Source of the DNA: Planctomycetota bacterium
Lineage (GTDB): Bacteria; Planctomycetota; UBA8108; SXIK01
Assembly: GCA_965223265.1 (NCBI GenBank)
Contig: OZ244999.1
Location: forward strand, 6,240,001-6,304,000
DNA: 64,000 nucleotides
Reading direction: 5' to 3'
Part shown: piece by piece, positions 38,966-47,470 of the stretch
How the letters are laid out: each line of letters opens with the position of its first letter
How positions within the stretch are numbered: the stretch's first letter is position 1
Translations under genes and position numbers: made by a program
Notes under the pieces: generated by a model
What the model saw: only the letters and a program-made list of their open reading frames with translations
Databases searched by the model: none
Told to the model about the DNA's origin: nothing

Positions 38966-39746
38966 CGCCAAGCCTCTCAAACTCCACGGTGGTCGTATGA
39001 CCGCTCGCCTCAACGAAATGTAGGACGCGCAGAGCGCGAAACAGACCCCGCGCACCACGCACTGCTCCGACGAGCCGGAAGGGACGCAGTGGCGCCCAAT
39101 CCATGCGACCAACCACACGCATCTCGCCGTGTGTTTTTCCTCCCCTCATGCTGGAGAGTTGATAGGAGATCACGTCGCGACCACCGTTCACCGTCATCAA
39201 TCCACCGAGCGTCGGTAATCGTTCACCGAAATACAACTTACCACCGGCGACGGCGAAGGCGCAGCCACGACGCTGTGCCGCGGCGCGCACGTACGCCAGT
39301 GGATCGCCACGCACTTCAACGCGGCGGTGGATCGGACTTGGTCGCACGTCTGGGAGCCGATCAACGACCGGCACCAAACCGAGATCGACCGCCACCAGGC
39401 GAACGACATCTTCATCGGACACTTGAAAGAAGACTCTCTCGTATTCGACGCGGCAAAGGTGATAGTCGGAAACCGCGGCGCAGCGTAGGACATCACCGGT
39501 CACGTCGAGCACACAAGCGAACTCGTGCAGCCGTCCTCGAAAGAGAGTGCCACCACTGTTTCGGAGGCAAACGCGGTCCCCCGGCCGCAAATTTTCAGGC
39601 TTAAGGCTATGACTCACCATCTCCAGCTCAACCCTCATCGGTCGGTCGACGGCGTCGAAATGGTAGAGCCGCGTCAACTGCGGCCGAGCGTGAAATGCGA
39701 CACCGAGCTCGAGCGTCATCCCGCCTAGAACACTGCTTCGATTCAT
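38940..39746 (-). CDS. Phage late control D / gp27-like baseplate hub without a spike domain
   Basis: RVFFQVSDEDVVRLVAVDLGL, AQRRG.AFAV.GGKLYF, C-terminal LVGA...RGLFRA.RVLH....GHTTTVEFER; ATGA-coupled to the tube initiator. Confidence 0.7.
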   Translation of the reverse strand: MNRSSVLGGMTLELGVAFHARPQLTRLYHFDAVDRPMRVELEMVSHSLKPENLRPGDRVCLRNSGGTLFRGRLHEFACVLDVTGDVLRCAAVSDYHLCRVEYERVFFQVSDEDVVRLVAVDLGLVPVVDRLPDVRPSPIHRRVEVRGDPLAYVRAAAQRRGCAFAVAGGKLYFGERLPTLGGLMTVNGGRDVISYQLSSMRGGKTHGEMRVVGRMDWAPLRPFRLVGAVRGARGLFRALRVLHFVEASGHTTTVEFERLGDERYAQSA

Positions 39747-40174
39747 GGATCGACCGCTCCTTCGGCTCGCCACATCACGATGTCCAACCAGCCACGGATT
39801 GGTGTACCTTCGGAGTCGAACCGGGTCCACTCCTCGAATGCGTGCGCGAGATAACCTCGAAATCGAAAATCCCCCCAGGAAAACATGAGGCGTGGTGGTA
39901 GGCCTTGAGTCGACGGCTGCGACCACCGGGCAACGGCGTCAGACCATCGACGGACGTCAGACGCTCCGCTGGCCTCGTGCGTGGCGTCGAGGAAAAACCG
40001 CGTCGAAAGCCTTTCGGTATGACCGGAGCAAAATTGAACCGGCAGCTCGCTGGCACCGAGAACCTGCGGCACCGCGAACTGATTCGTTCGTTCGATGCGA
40101 TAACTCTGTGGGTTCCATAGCACGTCCAAACTCTCAAGTGATTCAAGGTCGGTCATAGCCGCTTTGACGAGCAT
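39743..40174 (-). CDS. CIS tube initiator (Afp7/Pvc7-like; no LysM seen)
   Basis: VLWNPQSYRIERTNQF...G....VQFCSG...LSTRFFLD, PPRLMFSWG.FRFRGYL, WTRFDSEGTPIRG. Confidence 0.85.
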   Translation of the reverse strand: MLVKAAMTDLESLESLDVLWNPQSYRIERTNQFAVPQVLGASELPVQFCSGHTERLSTRFFLDATHEASGASDVRRWSDAVARWSQPSTQGLPPRLMFSWGDFRFRGYLAHAFEEWTRFDSEGTPIRGWLDIVMWRAEGAVDP

Positions 40175-40181
40175 CTCGGAT

Positions 40182-40949
40182 CTAAAACCCCATCGACTCC
40201 CATGCACGAATCGCTTCGCCTCGCCGCTCGCGAATCAACAACTGCGCTTCGAAGAATCGCGCCGCAGTCGCGTCGTCATGCCCCTGAATCAGGCCAGCCG
40301 TGGTGAGAGGCGCCAGAGGGTTCGTTCCTGTTGGCTCGACCTCGGCGAACTCGTTTGCGACGAACGTGGAGACTCGTCGCGACGCTGCTCTGGGCTGCGG
40401 GGGAGAGGACCGAGTCCGTCGTCGCATAGAATCCGACTCGCTCCCGGATTGTGGTGCCGGCGGTGCGGCGCCCGATGCCATCGATTCAGCGCGACTGAGG
40501 GCGGACGCTTCCCCACTCGCCGCGGCGGTGACGGACGCCGCATCGGCCGGAGAATCCCGTTGCGCCGTCGAGAGACTAGCGGCTGCAACGCCTCGAACGC
40601 CGGATCGACGCGGGGCCGGCGGAGCGGCTACCGTCGACGGTTCAGACTCCGCCGCCTCGCGCGAAGGTGTGGCCGTAGGCGAGACGCGTGCGCTGGGGTG
40701 ATGCGACGCGACCGCTCCGCCCGCCGGCCGTCGGCGCGACCACGAAAAAAACTCGCCTGCGGGCAGCAATTCAAGAGACGATTCGAGGACCGCAGCGCTC
40801 TCCTGCCATCGCTGCGCGACGCTTTCGGCGAACACATCCGGACCGTAGCTCAGAGGCCTGGGCTCGAGCAAGGCGTACCATGCATCGGGTGCGTAACGCT
40901 CGTAGGCAGCCGCTGCCAGCTGGGAGTTTTCCCTCACGTTGATCGACAT
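40182..40949 (-). CDS. Hypothetical protein inside the CIS operon (Ala/Ser/Pro-rich core)
   Basis: Co-oriented 255-aa ORF that fills the gap between the second tube gene and the tube initiator. Confidence 0.6.
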   Translation of the reverse strand: MSINVRENSQLAAAAYERYAPDAWYALLEPRPLSYGPDVFAESVAQRWQESAAVLESSLELLPAGEFFSWSRRRPAGGAVASHHPSARVSPTATPSREAAESEPSTVAAPPAPRRSGVRGVAAASLSTAQRDSPADAASVTAAASGEASALSRAESMASGAAPPAPQSGSESDSMRRRTRSSPPQPRAASRRVSTFVANEFAEVEPTGTNPLAPLTTAGLIQGHDDATAARFFEAQLLIRERRGEAIRAWESMGF

Positions 40950-41380
40950 CGAATCCCCTCGTGGGCTATTTCAACCGCCTCGATCGCAGCGCCAGCAAAA
41001 TTCGCGTCGAGCCGCGGTCCTTCCCAAGCGCACGGCCACCCGGAAAGGAACTCCCAACGCATCCGTTCTTGACCGCGACGCGAGATCAAGACGATGGCAC
41101 CGTCGCGCCGATCGCCGCGTAAAAACCAATTGTAGAGCTCGCTCCCGACCGTCAAACCGCGCCGCATGACGAGAGGGCCGTAGCTGCGCTGACCCGCAAA
41201 GCAACTGGGCGACTCAGCACCTCCTTGCACATATTCGAACACTTCCACACGACCGCTGAGACCGCTGCAGCTGACAAACCCCGCAGCCGAAACGCCATCG
41301 ACCTCGAGGCAGAAACAATCGCTCGTGAGCAGGCGAGCCATGACTGGCCCCTTCCCAGCATCTGAGACGACTCGCTTCAA
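40934..41380 (-). CDS. Tail tube protein 2 (T4 gp19-like)
   Basis: FCLEVDGV..AGFVSCSGL, FEYVQGG, LVMRRGLT, LYNWF, RRDGAIVL, RWEF..GWPCAWEGP.LDA, AIEAVEIAHEG; start 41380 (TTG) or 41341 (ATG). Confidence 0.9.
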   Translation of the reverse strand: MKRVVSDAGKGPVMARLLTSDCFCLEVDGVSAAGFVSCSGLSGRVEVFEYVQGGAESPSCFAGQRSYGPLVMRRGLTVGSELYNWFLRGDRRDGAIVLISRRGQERMRWEFLSGWPCAWEGPRLDANFAGAAIEAVEIAHEGIRCRST

Positions 41381-41691
41381 GGAACCTCTCCTCGCGTCGA
41401 CGGGTAGTCATTGAGCTCGGCATACAAGTTCCCAAGGTAGCCGAAATCTTCATCCGTCAACTGCTGAAGCGTCTGCACGTCAGCGCTGTGAAAATCTCCT
41501 TGCGGCTCGATCGTCCGTGCCAGCATGAGCGTCAAGAACGCTTCCGGACGCAGATAGACGCGAAAATCTCGCAGCACAGCCATTTCGTCGCGCACCGTCG
41601 CTGCACGCAATACACCACGGCGAGCCGTGCGATCTGTTGGGTCGCGAACGCCATCGCGCAGTTCGAAAGAAACACACGTCCGCCGACTCAT
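41377..41691 (-). CDS. CIS-associated putative tail assembly chaperone
   Basis: FELRDGVRD...RRGVLRAATVRDE...DFRV...AFL..MLARTI...DFGYLGNLY.ELN matches the small conserved gene that follows the tube gene in Streptomyces/cyanobacterial-type CIS loci. Confidence 0.7.
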   Translation of the reverse strand: MSRRTCVSFELRDGVRDPTDRTARRGVLRAATVRDEMAVLRDFRVYLRPEAFLTLMLARTIEPQGDFHSADVQTLQQLTDEDFGYLGNLYAELNDYPSTRGEVP

Positions 41692-42155
41692 ACGCTCTCT
41701 TCACTTCGCGGTTGCACACGCTCGATGCGCTCGACACACAACTCCAGGGTTTCGACGCTGATCGCGGTATCAGCTGCGTTGAATTCCGGTGCCTCGTAGC
41801 GGCAAGGCCAGGCTTCGAAGAAATTCCAGCGCGCCTGTTCCTTCATTTCCCCGTCGAGAAGGACGACCGCACCGCAGCGCCGGTCATCCTCGCCACGCTC
41901 GATGCGCCGGCGCCACTCGTAAAGCTCGCCGGAGACGGTAGCCCCTTTACGCAGCACCACGTTGCCGTAGCGCAGCTTGCCGGGAATCTTGAACACCGCA
42001 TGGCTGCTGCCAACGCGATACTCGACAACATCGGAACTTGAGACCAGTCCACCGACCTCGGAAAACCCACCCACCACCGAACTTTGGTCGCTGGCGAAAT
42101 CTTCGATCTCGACCAGAAAGTTGAAGTTACCGAAAAACGGTACCGTACGTTTCAT
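41688..42155 (-). CDS. Tail tube protein 1 (T4 gp19-like)
   Basis: PFFGNFNFLVEI, GGFSEVGGL, VVEYRVG, KIPGKLRYGNVVLRKG, RWNFFEAWPCRYEAPEFNA, VETLEL; GAGGAG RBS before ATG 42155. Confidence 0.93.
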   Translation of the reverse strand: MKRTVPFFGNFNFLVEIEDFASDQSSVVGGFSEVGGLVSSSDVVEYRVGSSHAVFKIPGKLRYGNVVLRKGATVSGELYEWRRRIERGEDDRRCGAVVLLDGEMKEQARWNFFEAWPCRYEAPEFNAADTAISVETLELCVERIERVQPRSEESV

Positions 42156-42212
42156 GCTCACTCCTCGCCTCAGTCGATCACCCACCACTTGTCGAATGCG
42201 CGCGGCTCCCGC

Positions 42213-43595
42213 TCAGCGTTCGTGCCCCGATCGTGGCTTCTCCTCCACTCTCCTAGCCGGGCGTTCAAACCCAACCCCGTACGCATCCTGAGCGTAACCG
42301 TCAAACGGCGGCGCCAACTGCACGTCGACGCGGATATCAACACAATTGAGCTCGCCGCTGTCGGGATCGAGCCGACTCGCTGCGGGTGAGCACGTGACGT
42401 CGAAGCCGTGACGGGGCTCCCGCAAGAGTCCCCAGGCGGCGAGATGCCGCAAGAACGCTTGCACTTCTCGTTCCACACGCCGGCGCATCATCGGATGGTG
42501 CAGTTCCATGACAACCCACCTGGTCCCAAATTCGAGCGAGCGGCGAAGCCCTTCCCACCGGCGCCACGCCTCGAGAGCACGCAGCGCCGTGTCAGCCGCT
42601 CCAACCTTGGAGAGATCGGCGTCCCCAACCACGGCACGCGGAAAAGCTGCGGAGCGGTGCCGCGAGTACGAAAGTTCGTCACGAAAATCCGTCGACTCGA
42701 GCGCCGCACACAAAGCCCCCGGTCGCGTCCAAAAAGGGTTAGCAGCCTGCTGAAGCAGGTCCTTCGACCGCGAAGTTGGTCCCTTGACGCGCCACTCGCC
42801 GGCTGCGCCAGGACGGCCGCATGCCGCTGGCGGCCACAGCTCGATGGTATTGGGCCTCACCCAACGAAGCGATCCACCGAACTCTGCCGCAGCCTCCGCG
42901 GGGGGAAGCGGCCGAAGCAAGACGAAGAACTTGTCAGGACGGTCCTTCGCCAGCTCGACGACACGTTGACGCCGCGCACTCGAGAGCCCGCTCAGCACGA
43001 CGGTCGTGACCGCCTGAAGGTCGGCAAGCTGATACACGCCCGTGCGCAACCCGGGACGCTCTTCTTCCCCGATCCAATCGGACGTCGTCGCTGCGGCGCT
43101 TGCCAAGCGCGGTTCATCGAGAATCACCGCGCGCCGAGCGCCGCAGCGAAGAAAGTCGAAGAGCGGCTCAGAACCAGTCCAAAACCGCTGCCACTGCGTC
43201 GCAGCGTCGTTCGCCGGCTCGATCTCTATCTTCGCTTCCTCGTGAACCTCGCTGGCCGCGCCCAATTCCACCCCTTCACCACCGCCGCGGAGGGCGCTAC
43301 CGCTGAAACTCACGAGAAGCGGGACCACTGAACCGGACGCAGGATCGCGAGCCGCATCGCGCCCCGGATCGTCGTGCGATACGCTGCTCGGATGGTCGCC
43401 ACTACTGCCGGTCGCAGGAATGTCGAAACCGAAGTCCCCGGCGAACGCGGTATACCCGAGACCACGCCAAGCGAGGCGCGCGTCACGCTCCGTGTTGCCT
43501 CGGAGGCGGCCCACCGAAAGTGCGGCACCGAGACTGCAAAGCTCGCTCTCGCTAGTCGCGAGCAAAGAAGCGAAGAGTTGCTGCTGGGGTGTCAC
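42213..43595 (-). CDS. Highly diverged contractile tail sheath protein
   Basis: WIG....G.RTGVYQL..LQAVTTV and C-terminal RRSLEFGTRWVVMEL...RRVEREVQAFLRHLAAWGLL...FDVTC resemble sheath signatures; sits between the cap and tube genes. Confidence 0.75.
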   Translation of the reverse strand: MTPQQQLFASLLATSESELCSLGAALSVGRLRGNTERDARLAWRGLGYTAFAGDFGFDIPATGSSGDHPSSVSHDDPGRDAARDPASGSVVPLLVSFSGSALRGGGEGVELGAASEVHEEAKIEIEPANDAATQWQRFWTGSEPLFDFLRCGARRAVILDEPRLASAAATTSDWIGEEERPGLRTGVYQLADLQAVTTVVLSGLSSARRQRVVELAKDRPDKFFVLLRPLPPAEAAAEFGGSLRWVRPNTIELWPPAACGRPGAAGEWRVKGPTSRSKDLLQQAANPFWTRPGALCAALESTDFRDELSYSRHRSAAFPRAVVGDADLSKVGAADTALRALEAWRRWEGLRRSLEFGTRWVVMELHHPMMRRRVEREVQAFLRHLAAWGLLREPRHGFDVTCSPAASRLDPDSGELNCVDIRVDVQLAPPFDGYAQDAYGVGFERPARRVEEKPRSGHER

Positions 43596-44233
43596 GATGA
43601 AGGCCCCTTCTCTAGGACAACGCTACGCTCGTGAACTCGCTGTACGAGCTCGAAGCGCTCCGAGGCAATCGGGCACGGTACTTCGAACGACACCGTCACG
43701 CGGTGCTCAGGCAATCCGATCCGCCGCCAACCGTCCGCCTCAGCGACCAGCTCTACGGGCAAGCGATAGGTGGACGGCTCGGCCGGCGCGTCCGCGACGG
43801 AGACGTCGCTGGCATCCAGCTCAACACGATCGCCGTCGACAGTCAGTTCGACGCTGCCAGCATCGCGCAGCGACCGCAGTGCCCCAGCAAAGGCGACGAG
43901 CTGTTCCTCAAGGCCACCGCCCGCAAGGAGAAACATGTAGCCGGCCCGCACCCAGAGCGGTGGCGTGTGAAGTGGCTGTTCAAACGACGCCGCGCTCCCG
44001 GTCGCCGTGGTCTCAAAACCGTTCTGCCGCAGACGGAGATCCGGCACGACACTGTGCAAGTAAAGAATCCCGAAAAGGCCTTGGCCATCCGCTGGAGCCG
44101 ACTCGATCGCATCGAGTGGATGGCCGAAGAAGACAGGCACACGTGCGGCGTCCGGCTCTTGGAGGCCATCCTCCAACAGGCCGGAGAGCTTCTGGCTGAG
44201 CTCAAAGAGCACCCTCGATCCCACCGGCAGCAC
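43592..44233 (-). CDS. Pvc16/DUF4255-family CIS cap (tail terminator) protein
   Basis: ILYLHSVVPDLRLRQ, PPLWVRAGYMF, EEQL...GALRSLRD, V.FEVPCPI; GTGA-coupled to the sheath. Confidence 0.75.
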   Translation of the reverse strand: MLPVGSRVLFELSQKLSGLLEDGLQEPDAARVPVFFGHPLDAIESAPADGQGLFGILYLHSVVPDLRLRQNGFETTATGSAASFEQPLHTPPLWVRAGYMFLLAGGGLEEQLVAFAGALRSLRDAGSVELTVDGDRVELDASDVSVADAPAEPSTYRLPVELVAEADGWRRIGLPEHRVTVSFEVPCPIASERFELVQRVHERSVVLEKGPSS

Positions 44234-44382
44234 CTCACTTCACGACTCTTCACAAAAACGCGCTGGGACCCTCGGCCTTCCACACCATTGGATCAAGTCG
44301 GCCGGCCACGGCGTCTGGCAAAGCCCGGGAGACACCCGACGACGTCGGGCGACCTCGTGGCTCCTTTCCTCGTTCGACGGAG

Positions 44383-44411
44383 ACGGTAAGACATGCTCCG
44401 ATAAGTGTCAA
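44383..44411 (-). promoter_or_regulatory. Sigma70-type promoter upstream of the CIS operon
   Basis: Minus strand TTGACA-N17-TACCGT, about 150 bp upstream of the cap gene. Confidence 0.55.
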
Positions 44412-44530
44412 TGGTGCGAGCGTTTTTCCTCGCCGTGCGGCGCCGCCCAGGATTCCGCGTCCGGAAACAGAGTGACAGCGTAAGGCGCACCGCAGAAATC
44501 ACTTAGGAAGAGCGAAGGTACGGAGAAGAC

Positions 44531-45022
44531 TCAATCAGCGCCGACCTGCAGCAAGTAGTAGGCTCCGAGCTCGGCAGCCGACGAGAAACAAAACGCCCCT
44601 CGACCTCGCTGCCGACCGACCAGCTTGAGAATCGGCCGATACGTCCCCCAGTAGGGGTGCACCGCCAATAGATCGAAGACACCCGTAACTCCGGGTGCGG
44701 TGCGGTCTGAGGTCACCTCGATTGCGCCGCTCATGGTGTCGCGAAATCGTAGCCTACAGTTGGCACCGCGGAGCTCGAATTCGACACCCTGCGGATGCGA
44801 GTGTGGATCTGTAAGCTCGGCAGGCGACGCTTCGGATTCGGCGGTGTGGGCGCGTGGCGTGGAGCTAGGTGACGAAGACAAACGCTCGCGCAGCGTGGCG
44901 TGGAGATCGACAAAGAGGCGAGTCACCGCGGCCGCTCGACGAGTCTCGCTCGCAGCCTTCGGCATCTTCGCGGACGGTTCGTCAGCACCGGCGAATGCTC
45001 GGGCAGCTGTTTTGCGTAGCAC
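44531..45022 (-). CDS. Hypothetical protein
   Basis: 163-aa ORF with AGGAGGAGG RBS before the GTG start; co-oriented with neighbours; no motif recognised. Confidence 0.65.
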   Translation of the reverse strand: MLRKTAARAFAGADEPSAKMPKAASETRRAAAVTRLFVDLHATLRERLSSSPSSTPRAHTAESEASPAELTDPHSHPQGVEFELRGANCRLRFRDTMSGAIEVTSDRTAPGVTGVFDLLAVHPYWGTYRPILKLVGRQRGRGAFCFSSAAELGAYYLLQVGAD

Positions 45023-45161
45023 GCGGCCTCCTCCTGGTCATCGCATCGATCTCACGCTTGGCAGCCCGTCGCCGCGCGGCACTGACGATCCGAGCCTCGT
45101 CCCCGACGCGCGTCGCTCCAAGAACTCCACGATACAAGCGTAGCCCGGCGTCCGCGGCCGA

Positions 45162-47144
45162 TCACTCGCCTGGTTCCCTATCCAGCCTGCGGTCAACGCC
45201 GAGGTTCCGCACGACACCTTCAAGCTGCCTCTTCTGCGCAAGCAGCCGTGCCGCCTCATCCCCCATACGTCGCCGAGCCAGCGCACGCTCCTCGCGAATC
45301 AACCGATCCTTATCACGTACTTTCTGTTTGAGTTCTTCGACGTACGCCTGCATGACGACGACGTCACCTTGCAGCTGTGTAAACTCCGTGCGAAACGTTT
45401 CGAGTTCGAGAAGGTCGCTGGCGTGTTTTGCATGCGCTTCCTCGAGATCTGTTGAGAGCGATTCGACGACTGCCGCAAGCTTCTCCTCCTGCCCTTTGAG
45501 CTGCGCGGTCTCACTGCGCAGTTGCTCCTGCAGTCGTGCCGCACGTTGTCGTTCATCGTCCAGGGCGCTCTTGAGTTCGAGCGCACTCGCCTCTCGAGCT
45601 TCTGATCTAGTTTCAAGCTCACCAAGCCGGCGCCGAAGCGTCTCGAGCTCTTCCAGCGCTGCGTGTGAGCGGCGTGATGCTTCAGCGGCGTGACGCTGGG
45701 AATCCGCCAATTCACGCTCGAGAGCCGCGGTCTGCTGTGCGTGGCGCGATGCGGTCTCGCGCAGCCCGGAGCTCTGCACCTCAGCATCACGGGCTGCAGC
45801 CTCCGTCTCGGCGAGTTGGTGGCGAAGGGACTCCTCACCCGCCGTCAGACGCGCGCACTCGGTGCGCAGAGTCTCGAGCTCGTCGCGCAGCGCCGTGGCT
45901 TCCTTCTCAAGGCGGGCGCGATCATCCGCAGCCCGTTCGAAGCCGCGCATTTCGCTACGCAGGGAGTCGATTTCGAGGTCAGCCTCCTGCGAATGAGAAC
46001 GCAGCAGCATTGTTTCCTCAAGAAGCTCTTGAACCTTCTTCTCAAGCGACTCGCGGACGCCAAGCTCACTCTCCAGCTGCTCGCGCGCACGAGTTGCCTT
46101 CGCGGCGTTCTCAACTCCCTCGCGCACGGCGTCGAGAAGACGGGATTCGATCTCAGCGAGCTTCTGCTCCTTGGTCTCGGCAGACTGATGCTGGGTCGCG
46201 AGTTGCCGTTCAAGGAATGCCGTTTTGTGACGCTCAGTCTCCAGCGCCAGCTCCACCGCTTCCAGCTTCAGCCGCTCCGCCTGCGCCTCGAGCCGCCCAG
46301 AGCGCTCGACATCGACTTGCTGCCTTAGGCTTTCGAGCTGCTCCAGCGAACCGTTCGTCTCCCGCCGCACCCGCTCGAGATCCCGCTCACTCACTTGTAG
46401 CGCTAACGTCGTCTCACGCTTTTCCGTCTCGGATTTCGCCAGCGCCTCGTTCAACTGGTCCTTGTCGGCACGCAGCTGTTCGAGATCCTGACGCAATGCG
46501 TCGACTTCTTGGCGAGCACGTTCGACGTGCTCTCTCTCGCTCTGCGACATCGTCGCCACGGCGGACTCACGCCGACGAAGCTCCACGAGTTCCTTCTCCG
46601 AGGTTTGGAGTTTTCGCCGCAACTCGCGAACTTTCTTCTGAGCGCCGCTCTTTCCTTCTTGCGCTACGGCAAGCTGTTCCTCGATCTGGATCCGCTTCTT
46701 GTCCGCCTCCTCGGCGCGTCCGCGCCAGAGCTCTCGATCCGCTTCAGCACGCTCAGCGCGTTCTTTGAGCACGTCGGCGCCGCGCTGCAGCTCCGCCGCA
46801 GCCACGCCGAGGGGCGCCATCGATGCCGACGGCTCGGTAGCCGATCCCGGAAACTCACAGCGGATTTCGCTTCCCCCCACCGTCAACGTGTCGCCTGAGA
46901 GTAGCTGGCCACGTTCGATGCGAGCGCCGTTGACGCGCGTGCCGATGGCGCTGCCGAGATCTTCGACGAAGAGCTCATCACGCTCGAGCCAAATCTTGGC
47001 GTGATTCCATGACACCGCGGGATCACGAAGGTGGAGGCTGGCGTCGCGATTGCTCCCAATGGAGCATGGCGCAGCGGAAGAAATCTCGATCGCGTCGCCT
47101 TGTCGCGGCCCGCTGAGCACCACCAATCGCGGTCGCTGGTTCAC
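45162..47144 (-). CDS. FHA-domain protein with long coiled coil
   Basis: LVVLSGP..G...IGS...DPAVSWNHAKI...VEDLGSAIGTRVNG...LLSGD.L.VG, then ~530 aa of E/R/L/A-rich heptads; AGAGGAG RBS before GTG 47144. Confidence 0.88.
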   Translation of the reverse strand: MNQRPRLVVLSGPRQGDAIEISSAAPCSIGSNRDASLHLRDPAVSWNHAKIWLERDELFVEDLGSAIGTRVNGARIERGQLLSGDTLTVGGSEIRCEFPGSATEPSASMAPLGVAAAELQRGADVLKERAERAEADRELWRGRAEEADKKRIQIEEQLAVAQEGKSGAQKKVRELRRKLQTSEKELVELRRRESAVATMSQSEREHVERARQEVDALRQDLEQLRADKDQLNEALAKSETEKRETTLALQVSERDLERVRRETNGSLEQLESLRQQVDVERSGRLEAQAERLKLEAVELALETERHKTAFLERQLATQHQSAETKEQKLAEIESRLLDAVREGVENAAKATRAREQLESELGVRESLEKKVQELLEETMLLRSHSQEADLEIDSLRSEMRGFERAADDRARLEKEATALRDELETLRTECARLTAGEESLRHQLAETEAAARDAEVQSSGLRETASRHAQQTAALERELADSQRHAAEASRRSHAALEELETLRRRLGELETRSEAREASALELKSALDDERQRAARLQEQLRSETAQLKGQEEKLAAVVESLSTDLEEAHAKHASDLLELETFRTEFTQLQGDVVVMQAYVEELKQKVRDKDRLIREERALARRRMGDEAARLLAQKRQLEGVVRNLGVDRRLDREPGE

Positions 47145-47470
47145 GCCAACTCCTCTAACCACGAGAAAACGTGTAGCCCTCTAGGGCGGGGACCGATAGG
47201 TTCCCAACTCCCATTTCCCCGGGCCAGCACAAAGAACTTGGATTCCCAATGGCCAGCGAGTTTAACCGAATTCTTCTGCAAAACGGAGCCACAAAACATC
47301 CCGGTGATCACCGACGCGGGGCGAGCAAAAGCGGCGCCGTGGAGGGCACGATGTTTTCACAACACTCGTCTGTAGACACACGGCTTGCGGAGCGGTTGTA
47401 GAAACTGCTCGGAGACAGCCGGTAGAATCGCGCCTTTCCGTCGAAGTCTGAACAAACCAAGGTTGCGGCA

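Noticed and set aside
41341-41400. Programmed frameshift or DUF6760-type partner after the tail chaperone
   Set aside because: No slippery heptamer and no room for the ORF before tube 2
35028-44233. Prophage tail module or T6SS
   Set aside because: No capsid, terminase, portal, integrase or lysis genes; no TssJLM/ClpV/Hcp/TssBC signatures; Pvc16-type cap and tube initiator point to the eCIS lineage
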